Shown here: positions 50,389 to 63,469 of the stretch, piece by piece
Position numbering within the stretch: the first letter of the stretch is position 1
Layout of the letters: every line of letters starts with the position of its first letter
Source of the DNA: Neocallimastix sp. 'constans'
Taxonomy: Eukaryota
Direction of reading: 5' to 3'
NCBI GenBank assembly: GCA_050613775.1
Contig: JBODTK010000126.1
Coordinates: 372,001-436,000 of the forward strand
DNA length: 64,000 bases
The notes under the pieces: model-generated
What the model was told of the DNA's origin: nothing
The model's database searches: none
What the model saw: only the letters and a program-made list of their open reading frames with translations
Translations under genes and position numbers: made by a program

Positions 50389-51198
50389 TTATGTATGTAT
50401 ATATTTTTAAATTTTAAATTTAGTTTTATATATATATATATATTTTATTTTTCTTAATATATAATTACATTTTTTTTTATATATATATTATTTTTTTTAA
50501 TTTTATTTTTTATTTTTCTTAATATAAAATTACAATTATTTTTTTTTTTTTTTTTTTGATTTATAATAAATTTTAAATTAATATCTATTAGAAAAGAAAA
50601 AAATACATTAGAATAAAAAGTACATGAATATGAAAAAAATTTTACATTAATATTAAAAAAAAAAAAAGCTATGCTTTGAGTTTTGGTTCACTAAAATTTG
50701 TACGATAATTACAAATTAATTATTATTATTATTATTATTATTATTTTTATTGTTTTTTTATTTTTTCATAAGAAATAAACTTAAATGTATATATATTATA
50801 ATAACCTTTAAAATATAAAATTTTATTGAATTTTCGCTATTTTTTTTTTTTTTTTTTTTTTTTAATTATATTATTAATATTATCAATATTACTAATATTA
50901 AAAATTTCTTAAAATCATAAAGATAGTTTTTTTTTTTTTTATTTCTTTATTAATTGTTAACAAATAAATGTATTATATTATAGTGAATTTAATATATATA
51001 TAAAGAAAATTTAAAATATAAATCTTAAATAAAACAAATATATAAACACAAATTTAAATATAATTATAATTATTGATGTACGAAAATTTTATTGTAAAAA
51101 AAAAAAAAAAAAAAATTAAAGAATTATATATATACTTCCTTTTTTCTTCTCTTTTTTTTTTTTTTTTGATAAAATATTAATATTTAATTAATAATTAA

Positions 51199-54100
51199 TT
51201 AATTAAAGTTATTAGAAGCATGAATAGCTTTCATAATAGCTGTATCACGATGTGGTACTGGAGCTAAACCTTTCGCTTTCATGTCATCTAAATATTTAAA
51301 TGCGCTATTGTCAAAATTCTCTTTAAATGATTCCAGTAAAGCGTTATATGTAAAGGCATCAGGAATAACACCATATTTTTCTTTTGGAATTATTTCATTT
51401 TCAAATAACTTCATAGCACTTTTACTATCACCAATCTTGGCATAGACCTTTAAAATAATATTATAAGTATATAAATTTGGTTCTAGTTTTGCCTTTTCAA
51501 GTTCTGAATAAATTCTAAAGACAGAATCTGAATCACCAAGAATTGAATGAGCATGTAAAATTGAATTATAAGTTTCAATCGTAGGTATAAATTTCTGTGC
51601 TACCATTTCATTAAATAACATATCAACTGCTTTAATATTTGGTTGTTTTGAATAATATTCTAAAAAGTGATTGTACATTGCGGCTGTTGGTGTAATATTA
51701 ACTTGCTTTGCCCAATAGCTAATACATGGATTATTTCCATGACATGATGCTAATATTCTCCAAGTTAATGGAGTTGGAGTAATATGTTGCTGAATCATTT
51801 GATTTAAAGTTTTCCAAGCTTCAATTAAATTACCTCTTTTACCATAAAGCTGAATCATAGTATGGTACATACTACGTCCTGGTTTCTTTGGATGATTGTT
51901 AAGAATTTCTGAAGCTCCAGATATATCATTATTCTCACCATAGGCATTCATTAATAAAGAATAAATATGAGGAGATGGCTCCATTCCTTTATTCTTCATT
52001 TCTTTTAACATTTCAATAGCTTTTTCTACATTCCCAACTTTTGTGAAAACTAAAACGAGAGAATTATAGTGACCTAAACTTGGAGTAATCTTTTTAGATA
52101 ACATTTCATTAAGATACTTTAAAGTATTATCAACATCTCCTACTCTAGCGTAAGCATCCATGATATTACTATATGTAATTTCATTGGCTGATATTGATGG
52201 TTCCTTTATAACTTGATCAAACCAATGCTTAGCTCCCTTTGGATCTTCATTTAATCCATGAGCAGAAATTAAAATATTATAAGTTGCCAAAGTTGGTTTT
52301 AATTTCTTTTCCTTCATTTCATTAAATATTTTTACAGCTGAACTTAATTCCTTGTTTTTACCATATACATCAATTAATGTATTATAAGTAAAAATATCTG
52401 GTTCTAAATTAGCTTGTTTCATTTCTTCAAAATAGGTTAAAGCCTTAACCAATTGATGAGATCTACCAAATGCTGCAATCATGGTTGTAAAATCACCATG
52501 ATTTGGTTGATAACCAGCTTCTTTAATATATTCAACAATTTGAACCATTTCATTTAAATTATTTGGTGATTTTACAGGTCCTCTTTCATTTCTCAATATA
52601 CGTAATATTCTGGAATAGTCTGTATGACTCAATGCTTTATAATTATTGCTTTCAATAATTTCTTTATAGTATTGCCAAGCTAATTTATCATTTCTCTCAG
52701 TCAATGCTTTTCTCATATTTAGTTGAGTTTGATTTACATTTAAAGGGGTACCTTTAACATTTATCTTATTCAAATGAGGAGAAGATACTCCAACTTTAGT
52801 ATTATTTCTAGATTTGTTCATAATTTTATTTTTTGAATTAATATTTTCTTTCCCGGAAGTGCTTTCACTATTTTCCTTTTCATTAATCTTTTTGGTATCT
52901 ACAGAACTTTTATTACAATATATTTTCTTTTTATTTAATTTCTTTTCATTCTTTCCTTTCTTAGCTTTTGGACTTTTTGCAACTTTTTTAACACTATTTA
53001 AACCTATCACATTAGATTCTATAGATTCAGATTTCAATTCATTGTTTTCTTTTGGTTCATTAAATCCTTCTAAAAGACTTGCGGCGAGAATATTTGAATT
53101 CAAATCTTTTTGCATAGCATTACCATCATTCACAATATTATGACTAATATAATTTGTAATGTTTTTTGAATCTAAAATTGACTTCGATAGTGCGGAAGCA
53201 ATCATGGTTTGCTGAATTTGTTTCTCATTACTTTTATTAATTAATACATTAATATCATTAAAATATTTTTTATTTGTTTCTATACTTTCACTATTCATCT
53301 TAATTTCCAAATTTAATTCATTTTCAGCTGTCTTTGACATTTTCTTTTGTTTAATTTCGGAACCTATGGCACCAGGAAATGCTTTATTACTTTGCGTTTT
53401 AACAATATCTTCAATTACATCACCAACAGTAGAATTCACTAGAGTTTGAGGTATATTTGCATTATTATTTCCGAATACTGCATCATTTCCACTTTTTGAA
53501 TAATTATTATCAAATAAAGAAGGAGTTAAATAGTCAAAATTGTTTCTATATGGTATATTTGTATATTGTGATTCACGCTTTAAAATAGAATCAATTGATC
53601 CTAAAACGCCATTATTATTATTTCTTTGAGGATTTAATGGAGTTGTTGGTAGTTGTTGATGTGCAAAAGGGTATGAACTTTTTTGAATATTATTTAATGA
53701 AGTATTATTAATATTATTATTTGATGCTTTTTGATTAATATAATCAGGTATTGGAGAATAAAATAATACATTGGTATTATTTATTGGAAAATGAATATTT
53801 TGATTTTGATAATCTAATAAAGGTGAATAGTATCCAAAGTTAGAACCATTTGTATTACCTTCACTGTTATTTAATGAAAATGGTAATACTTGATTTAATA
53901 ATTTTGAATTTTCTGGTATTGATGGGAAATAATTAATTCCAGCCATTGGCTTTGTTTTTACTGACGCATAATTATTATTACTATTATTACTATTACTACT
54001 TTGTTCTTGTTTATTATTATTACTATTATTATTTGATACATTAGCAGCTAATAAATTTTGATTGTTTATTGGTACATTATTTATTGATGTATTATTTTGT

Positions 54101-54264
54101 ACTTGATTTTGTCTTCCAATATTTGAATGTTCATAATCATTTGAATATAATTGATTATGTTTTATTGAATGAGTTGAACCACTATATATAGTTGGAAGTA
54201 ATTGTGGTGCAATATTTGACGCTATTTGTGGTAAGATTGGTATTATTGGATCAAAAAATGACAT
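51199..54264 (-). CDS. Pentatricopeptide-repeat (P-type PPR) protein with a long low-complexity N-terminus, intronless, 1021 aa
   Basis: About 12 tandem ~35-aa PPR motifs in the C-terminal half, e.g. PDIFTYNTLIDVYGKNKELSSAVKIFNEMKEKKLKP and PNLYTYNIILKVYAKIGDSKSAMKLF. The first ~500 aa are N/S/Q-rich and then Lys-rich. Confidence 0.95.
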   Translation of the reverse strand: MSFFDPIIPILPQIASNIAPQLLPTIYSGSTHSIKHNQLYSNDYEHSNIGRQNQVQNNTSINNVPINNQNLLAANVSNNNSNNNKQEQSSNSNNSNNNYASVKTKPMAGINYFPSIPENSKLLNQVLPFSLNNSEGNTNGSNFGYYSPLLDYQNQNIHFPINNTNVLFYSPIPDYINQKASNNNINNTSLNNIQKSSYPFAHQQLPTTPLNPQRNNNNGVLGSIDSILKRESQYTNIPYRNNFDYLTPSLFDNNYSKSGNDAVFGNNNANIPQTLVNSTVGDVIEDIVKTQSNKAFPGAIGSEIKQKKMSKTAENELNLEIKMNSESIETNKKYFNDINVLINKSNEKQIQQTMIASALSKSILDSKNITNYISHNIVNDGNAMQKDLNSNILAASLLEGFNEPKENNELKSESIESNVIGLNSVKKVAKSPKAKKGKNEKKLNKKKIYCNKSSVDTKKINEKENSESTSGKENINSKNKIMNKSRNNTKVGVSSPHLNKINVKGTPLNVNQTQLNMRKALTERNDKLAWQYYKEIIESNNYKALSHTDYSRILRILRNERGPVKSPNNLNEMVQIVEYIKEAGYQPNHGDFTTMIAAFGRSHQLVKALTYFEEMKQANLEPDIFTYNTLIDVYGKNKELSSAVKIFNEMKEKKLKPTLATYNILISAHGLNEDPKGAKHWFDQVIKEPSISANEITYSNIMDAYARVGDVDNTLKYLNEMLSKKITPSLGHYNSLVLVFTKVGNVEKAIEMLKEMKNKGMEPSPHIYSLLMNAYGENNDISGASEILNNHPKKPGRSMYHTMIQLYGKRGNLIEAWKTLNQMIQQHITPTPLTWRILASCHGNNPCISYWAKQVNITPTAAMYNHFLEYYSKQPNIKAVDMLFNEMVAQKFIPTIETYNSILHAHSILGDSDSVFRIYSELEKAKLEPNLYTYNIILKVYAKIGDSKSAMKLFENEIIPKEKYGVIPDAFTYNALLESFKENFDNSAFKYLDDMKAKGLAPVPHRDTAIMKAIHASNNFN

Positions 54265-57207
54265 CTTTGATTATCTTTAAAATTGACTTAAAATTCAATT
54301 TAATTTTTTATTTGTTTTATGATTATTAAATTTATAATTTAATACTTCTAAACTGTATTGTCTTGTTACTATCTTATATTTTTAATTTTTGATTCAGTTT
54401 TACTGAAATTTTATATATATTATTTCAAAAAAAACCTTTTTATTTATTTATTTTTTTAATTTTAATACTTTGTTTATACTAAATTTATTTTATTGTTATT
54501 ATATTTTTATATTAACCTTTTATTTTCTAATAATTCTAATTACTTTTATAAACAAAATAAAGTAAAACATTAAAAATTAAAAATCTTTTTCATAAGAAAA
54601 TATTACTTTTTATATAATTTTATTATGAACAATTTATTTATTAATTATTAATTTAACTATATAATATTTTTAAAAACTCATATAAAAAAAATATAATAAA
54701 TAAAAAAAATAAATAATTGAAAACTTAAAAGAAATTTATTATATTTATATTAAATTTAAAAATTAAAATGAAAAAAAGTAAAAATTATATTAAATTATAA
54801 TAATAATATATAAAATATTTAAATTAATTTATATAGACATGATAATAAAAAATAATATATTATGTACATAAACATATTTTACTATTTTATTCCTTCTATA
54901 GCAATTCTATTAATTATAATTAAGAACATTAGTAAATAAAAATGAATTAAACTCTAATTTATAAATATATTATTTAATATATTAATATATATCTTATTAT
55001 TAATTATATATTGATAATATTATAATAATTAGTTTTCTTTAAAGGAAATTAAAAATGGTGTATATTAATAAATTATTTCCATTTTATTCGGATATATTAT
55101 TAAAACTTTCGTTTATATAAAATTTATATATTAATCATATAATAGGAATATTATTTTTTATGTTGTGGTTCAAGATGCAATATAATCAAGGCAACCAATG
55201 ATATTATTAAGCAATATATTAAATAATATATTCATATTAAATTAAATAAAAATGAATAACTAATAATACATTATTAATTATTAATGGCTATTTTTATTAA
55301 ATATGTTGAAAAGAAATAAATAAATATAATTAAATAAATATATATTTATATTTGTATATATATAAATAAATATATATAAATAAATAAATACATCATCATT
55401 AGTATACAATTTATATTTTATTTATTAAATGTATATATAATTAAATTATAAAGTATATATAAATATATTATGCATTTATAAATTAATTACCGTCTATATA
55501 AATTTTTTGATACAGAAAAAAAAAAAAAAAGGAAATAACAATTTAATTATTCACTTTTTGATATAAATATAAATAAAAAAAAATAAATTGAATATGAATA
55601 TTATCTTTCAGGTTATCAATATTATCAGTATTATTATTAATAGTATCATTCATTATTCATTTATCTATAATTTATATTTATATTTATATGTATTATAATT
55701 ATTATCATTATTTCTTTATTATTAATACTATAATTAATAAATAATAACATGTTTTTTTTTTTTTTTTTTTTTTTTTATTAATTATAAAATACAATATACA
55801 TGCTATATTTTACATTTGAAGTAAAAAAAAAAAATAAAAATAAAAATAAACTAATAAATTAATTATTTAATTATTTAACTATTAGTTTTAATCACTAAAA
55901 TAAAATAAAGTTTTATAAGAAGGTAAAATAAATATATATAATTATTATTCATTATTCATTTATTCGTTGCTTAATTTTTATTTTATATTCTATTATATTT
56001 ATATTTATTATAACGAAAAATATATATATATATATATTTATATATTAAAATTTTACTATTATGAAAATAATATGGTTATAATAAAATTTATTACTATGAA
56101 AATGATAAGTTAATAATAATATTTTATAAGTTACTCATTCCTTCCAAACAAAAAATAAAATTCAATTTGTTATTTTTTTTTCTTTTTCCGTGGTAATTTT
56201 AATTAAGGAATGTTATTAATTTTTTAATTTTTTTTTTTATTTTTTTTTTATTTTTTACTTATTTATTGTTTTTTTGACATTTCGATTTACAAAATTTAAT
56301 AATTATTATTTATTATATTTTTAATTTATTACATTATTTTTACATTTACATTAATATAAAATATTAAAATCCATGTTAATTAAAAACTAATACATTTAAA
56401 TATATTTAAATTACGTTGGACAAATATTTAATTAATAACATAATTATAATAAAATTAAATGAACAAATGAATAAATAACAACTAAATGAATAAAAAACAA
56501 AGATAAATAATGTATATTTATGTATTAAATAAATAATTAACTGAAATAAATTTATTCCAATGAACAATAAATTTATTAATTTATGGGTATTCAAATTTTA
56601 TCCATATAAGGTTAGAATCAATAGGATAATTGTATTATTAATATATATTATCCATATTATCCTTTTTACTTCAAATTTATGAACAACCACGAATCAATAA
56701 TGAACCAACAATAATCGTAAAAGAAAAAAATTTTGCCATGATTAACATGTGAATTTTTTTATTCATTTATAATAATATTAATTAATAATAATATTAAACA
56801 GTACAATAATTATCTGTTTATTAATTATTATCTCATTATTTATTTTATTATTTTATTATTTATTTATTTTATTATTTTATTATTTTATTATTTATTATCT
56901 TATTATATATATATTATTTATTACTTTGGCTGATTTAAATAGGAAAAACTAAGAAAAAATATTTATTTCTTGGAATTAATAGTTTTATTTTAGTGGCTTA
57001 TATTTATAATTTTCTTTTATATTGGAATACTATAGAACATTTATAACCTTATAACCAGTTCAAATTATACACTTTGGTCTATTAAATAGAAAATATTTAG
57101 CTTTATGCCTTATATGAAAATTTTAAATTTGTGGCTTTATTTTCTATTATAAATAGAATATACAGAAATAAAATTTTGTTGTCAGGTCACTTTTATATTG
57201 TGTCATC

Positions 57208-57406
57208 TTTTTTTTTTTTTTTTTTTTTTTTAGACTTTGTGATTAAAGATAGGGGAGGATAATAGGATAATAGGGCCTCTAGTCTCTCTTAAACATATCA
57301 GACTCTCAATGGATTCTTTACCATACAGTTTTGGCGGATCTCTCTCTAAGCAAGGCTAATATGAAAGACATTCTCTATACGCCGCTTTTTACGGCGTATA
57401 GAGAAT
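57208..57406 (-). other. GC-richer island with a perfect 15-bp stem hairpin at one end and poly(A) (minus strand) at the other; possible retroposed non-coding element
   Basis: ATTCTCTATACGCCG-CTTTTTA-CGGCGTATAGAGAAT at 57370-57406. T-run at 57208-57231. Composition clearly differs from the flanks. Confidence 0.45.
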
Positions 57407-57704
57407 ATAATAATTTTTCGACTAATATTTATTTAATAATTTAATATAGTGTATTTGCAATAGTTTAGTTAATAATAAAGTAAATATTATTTGAAAGTAA
57501 TCGATATCATAAAATGTTAATTATAACATAAAAGATAGAAGAAATAGGAAAAAGTTATTTTTTTTATTTTAATATTATAAATTGATTTAATAATAAATAA
57601 TAAATACATAATATATATATATAAAATTAAAATTAATCATATGAAAAAAGAAATTCATTAACAATAACAATAACAATAATAAATAAATAAATAAATAATA
57701 TTTT

Positions 57705-58042
57705 TTAAGTTTCTGAAGAATTTAATAATGAAAATGATAAATAAGATAATGATTTAAAAGAATTGTTAAAAAAAAATAAGATGAAAGAAAAGATAGAAGA
57801 GAAAATAGAAGAAGAAAAGAAGAAAATGAAAATATCCCAAAAATAAAGATTATGGTAATATTGAGTAATTTTCCTATAGTAAATCATCTAAAAAATTTCG
57901 TTTATGTCATTTCTTGGTAAATGGAAATTTGATCAAGAAAAAGATAATATTCAAATTAAAAATTATTTAATATGATCTTGAACAAATTATAATTCATGAA
58001 AATCTCTTCGAATTTAATAATTTGACTAAATTTTACATAATG
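57705..58042 (+). pseudogene. Possible decayed coding fragment (charged, purine-rich), unidentified
   Basis: Protein-like pieces interrupted by stops: VSEEFNNENDK*DNDLKELLKKNKMKEKIEEKIEEEKKK, SFMSFLGKWKFDQEKDNIQIKNYL. Confidence 0.3.
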
Positions 58043-58315
58043 AAAAAAATGAGTTGCTTATAATTTAGATTTTTTAATTATTTTATTATTCTCTTTTTCT
58101 TTTTTTATATATATATATATATAATAAAATATACTGACAATTAACACAAAAAATATTTCCAAAAATATGAGGAAAGATATAAAAAAATATAAAAGCAATT
58201 TTTTAAATAGTTTATAAAATATTATTTATAGTAATTTTTTTTTTCTATATATCAAATAATATTTATAATAATTTTTTTTTCTATATATCAAATAATATTT
58301 ATAATAATTTAATAG

Positions 58316-58348
<33 letters not shown>

Positions 58349-58810
58349 AAACTATTTTATAATTGATAATTATTCAACTCAAATAAAAATATTTAATAAA
58401 TAAATTTGTTAAAATAATATTTTTAAAGAATAATAAGTAAATATGTATATATTAAAATTATTTATTTATATTTTTTTTAAATATAATTTTATATATGTAT
58501 ATATATTTAAACTTAACATTTTGTATAGAGTATTTTAATATTATTAACATCAAATTGTATAATATTAAATTAATATTAGTTAATTATTATAATTTATATT
58601 GCTATATTTTATTATATTAAAATTATATGAATTCGATATATTAAAAATACAAATTTATTAAAATTATAATAATCATTTCTTATTTTAAAAGAAAATATTT
58701 ACTTATTTATAAGGAAAGTAGTAAATATGTAATAATGTGAATAGGGAAATTTGTGTGAATTAAATGCTTTATAAGAGATTTAATAAATAATTAATAAAAT
58801 TATATATTAT

Positions 58811-60517
58811 TGAGCAAAATATATTTTGTGATATAAATTCTATTAAATATCATGAATGTACTATCCACTTCTCTCCTTGTTAACCATAATATTATGTATT
58901 ATTATATTAAATGAATAAACAATACATATAAGATTATGACTCATTTGATTCTATTCGAATATTCAAAAATATTTTTTAAAACCGATACTCCCAAGAAACT
59001 ACTTTAGCTAAAGATCAACGCCTTCCAGGAAAGTCCAACTTCAACAAGTAGAAATTTCTTATTTCAAATCCTGCCAAATTTATGACATTAAGAAATTTTG
59101 GAAGTTGATATTATTGGACATTTAGATGATGAATTAATTATTAACGAAAGAACCTGTTCCCGTTCAAAATAATGATGTTGAAGAAGCAATAATACGCCAC
59201 CAGTTGTTAACAATAATGTTCTAAATTCGTTATTGAATAATAGTACTAAAAGACAAATTATTAAAGAGGCTGACAAAATTGATGCTAAATTGATATTAAT
59301 GATTAGTAACATTAACGAAAAAAAAAAACTTGAAAGAAATTAGTCATCTAACTAACTAACTAACAGTTAGTGAAAAAATCAAGGGAAAATACTGTAACAT
59401 CATTGCTGATATGAAGTACTGGCTTAAAAAAAAAAACAAAAGTTTAAAGCCAAAGAAAAAAAAGTAATTAGAATGTTAGAACAAGCAAAGGAAATCTTCA
59501 CCGAAATGAAATAAATTGAATTAAGTATTACAAACAAAGAAAAATTAAAATATCTATATAACATTCTAACAGATTATTTCAAAAATATTGTTCAATTCGT
59601 ATTGAACGGAAGTCTAGATGAATATTTAGAAACTCTTAAAAGAATTATCTTAACAAGGTCATATGTTGAAAATTGGGATGACTCAAAAGAAAAAGATGAA
59701 GATGATGATCCTATGGATATTAATTGCCTTAGCAAAAGGAAAAGAACTCCAGAATTAAACAAAAAGCCTTCTAATTTCAATAACAATAAGATAATAAAAG
59801 TTATGGATGATATTTCGATCTAAACAGAGAAAATAATATCAAAAGTTGAAAATATTAACAACAAAAAGAAGTGATACTAGGAACAAGAGAAGAAATTATT
59901 AAATTATTTAGTAAATTCAGGAATCTATAATGATTATAATAATAAAACTACTTTAAAATACATCAGAAATGAAGACTACTCTGATAATGCCAACAATTAT
60001 GATGAAAACTTTGATTTTGAAGATGCTTAATTTACAGATTCATTAATTATATATATATATTTTTTAGATTTATATTTAGTTAATTTTTAATAAAATTTTA
60101 AATGAACAATTTCAATGTTCACTTTCGACAGAAAAAATAAACTATATTATTAATAACAATAATTTAATAATAAAAAGAAAAAACTATAATAAATTTGTTT
60201 TATAAAAGTATTTTTTTATTAATAATATAAAATATAGAATTACATTAAAAATAATATTATTATTAACTAAACTATATATAATTTATTTATATTAAATAAT
60301 TTAAAGTGTATTGATATATTGATATGTATGTTTATTAATATGTTAATAATCTCTCATATAAGTTTATGTTAGTAATCGTAAATATTTTGTGTAACTTTTG
60401 TATAACAAATTTATTCGTTTTATATAAAATACATGAACGTATTATCCACTTCTCTCTTTGTTAATCATAATATTTATGTATTATTAAATTTTAAAATAAA
60501 TAAACAACATCTATCAA
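58811..60517 (+). mobile_element. Decayed LTR retrotransposon remnant: gag relic between two LTR-like direct repeats (copia-like)
   Basis: Repeat core CATGAA(T/C)GTA(C/T)TATCCACTTCTCTC(C/T)TTGTTAA(C/T)CATAATATT...AATAAACAA at 58851-58922 and 60432-60507. Between them are broken gag-like pieces: RLPGKSNFNK*KFLI, EKLKYLYNIL, DDDPMDINCL. 'AGATTATGACTC' after repeat 1 may be a decayed GGTTATGAGCCC-type primer-binding site. Confidence 0.7.
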
Positions 60518-60524
60518 AAGTATC

Positions 60525-60603
<79 letters not shown>

Positions 60604-60753
60604 TTAAGTAATAAGAAATAATAATAATAATATTAAATAAAAATAATAATTATTATTTAAATTTACAATAGAGAAATTATTAATTTACAATAATAAAACA
60701 AATTATATTGTTTAATAAATATTTTCAATGGATCTAAACGTTTTTTATATAAT

Positions 60754-60788
<35 letters not shown>

Positions 60789-60965
60789 CGTATTATTAAT
60801 TATAGTTTATTAATATGAATATATATATATATAAATAATTTGATAAATTTATATTAAGAATTTTAAAGTTTTTTATTCAAATTTACTTTGAATATAATAA
60901 AATTACTGTGCTATTAATATTCCTAAATTAAATTAAAAAAAGTTAACTTTATTTTTCATTTTCTT

Positions 60966-61004
<39 letters not shown>

Positions 61005-61045
61005 TAGTATTAATTTGGATAAATTTTTTTTATAAAAAAAAAAAA

Positions 61046-63429
61046 ATGAGAATATATAAATTTAAGGCAATTCAATCAATCTCTATTGTTTTTTTTTTTA
61101 GTTATTTGATTAATGCACTATTAATACCCGAGGAAACAAATAGTCATTATTTTAATCGAAAGATAGAACCATTAATTGATTATGCAAAGGAAAAACTTTC
61201 AGATTTTATGTATAAAAGTAGTAGAGCTGGAAGAATAAACTTCATACCCAAGGAAAAGATTGACAAACAATATTCAACATGGAGTTATATTCGATCTTTA
61301 AAGTATTTGAAAGAGAATATTGAATATCAGAAATCACTTCAAGAAAATAAATACAATAAATTAAATGCAAAAAATAAAAATAATAATAAAAATAATAAAA
61401 GTAAAGGTAAAACTGAAAATCAAGATAATTTTAATAAAAATAATAATAAAAAAAAATCACATTTTGAAGAAAAGAAAAAATATAAAAGATATGTATTAAA
61501 TCTTGACTCTTTAATGAAAGGTTTTCCTAAATATGTATCTGAAGATATGAGAGAGGCTTATGAAAAAAGATATCACGATCATGATAAACGTCAATTTGAT
61601 GATCCAATTATAGCAGAAATGTATAAAAATGAAACAAGATCCTATTTTTCTCAAGATAGCTTCAATTCTATAAATTTTAGTATTTATCCAAAAAATTTAA
61701 ACTTGGAACATAATTTTGTAAAGGTTTCAATTCCTTTCAAAGAAAATAATAGTCAACAAATAAAAAGATATTTAATTCGAAGTACTGAATTATTAAATAA
61801 TGAAAGTCTGAAAGAAGCAAAGTCATACCCACTGATTGATTATGACTATGAGAATTACATTAAAAATCAAAAATTAGTAAGGTATTTAAAGAAAAAATCA
61901 AAAACAACAACAGCTAAGAGTACAACTATAAGTAATAAAAATACTTCTCATGAAAAAATTCGTTCAGAAAAAGGTAAAACTTTTTTATACAATTTATTAT
62001 AAAAAAAATCAACATTTTTTTTTTTTTTTTTTTTTTTTTTAATTCTCCCTATATTTCTTTATTAAGGATTAGGAATAAAAATTTTTATTTTTATATTAAA
62101 ATATTAAAATGAATATATATATATATATATTAATTTACTTTTTTTTTTTTTTTTTTATTTTTTAATATTTTATTTTTTTTTTTTTTTTTATTTTTTAATA
62201 TTTTATTTTTTTTTTTTTTTTTATTTTTTAATATTTTATTCGTTTACTTTTTTTAAACATATATATTTTATATATTAACATATATTTTATATTGGTAGAT
62301 ACGACTTCAGATAGTGATGATGAAGATAAAAATTTTATATTTTATTATTTTTGTGATGATGATGATAAAATATGTGAAAAGGCATTAAAAGTATTTGAAA
62401 ATGCTGGTGAAAGATTAGTAAAATTGATTAATTTTAAATATTCTGTGTATGTCTATATATATTATTATAGTTTTTGTAATCATAATCCGTCATGTCATTC
62501 CACTGTTATGGGATCAGCAGCACCAAGCTTCTTTTATTCAATTAATGAGAATAGTAATGAAAATCAAAATAACGATACTACCACGAATAATAATAACGAT
62601 GATGATGATATAATTATAGAAAAATTTATAAAAAGAAATTCTGGAAATAATCATATTAACAATAAAAAAAAGAGTTCAAAGAAAGATAAAAATTATCAAA
62701 GCAAAGATAATGATGCTACTTCTAGTGGTAATAATAACAATAATAAAAATAAAGCTCAGAACAACATTTTAACTAATAAATCTAATAAGATTCAAATTTC
62801 AAGTCATTGCAAAGGGTCTTCAAATATAACTTCAGTTTTTAATACACCATTCTTAAGTTACAAAAATAAAGGAAATTTTATTAACTCATATTCTCAATTA
62901 AATACTACAAATAAGGAAGTTAATAAAGAAGTTAATCATGAACTCAATAAATCAGAATTGAAGGAATCTGTTGATTCAAAAGCTAGAGAACAAGAAGTGA
63001 TTGAAATACCTGAAGAAAATGAATTTCTTGACAGTAATTATAGTTATCCTTCAGCATTAATTAAACAGTTAACCGGATTAGAGACAGAATCCGATATTAC
63101 TGTATTATTTAATTCAGATTTTCAATGGGATTATGATGGATCTGAACAAGGAAAGAAATATAATTTAGAACAAACAGTACTTCATGAATTACTTCATGGA
63201 TTAGGATTTCTTTCTTCATGGTATAATTGGTTTAATAATAATGATGAAATCTTAATTCCAGGAGATATTACCCTTTCTCCAGAAAGTGGAGATTATGGAA
63301 TTATGGAAAAACCGTACATTTTTAATAAATATATTGTATGTAGGAATAATGAATATCTAATCTAATCTAATACATATATATTATATTATATTATATTATT
63401 TTATATTATATAATATTATATATATATAT

Positions 63430-63469
<40 letters not shown>

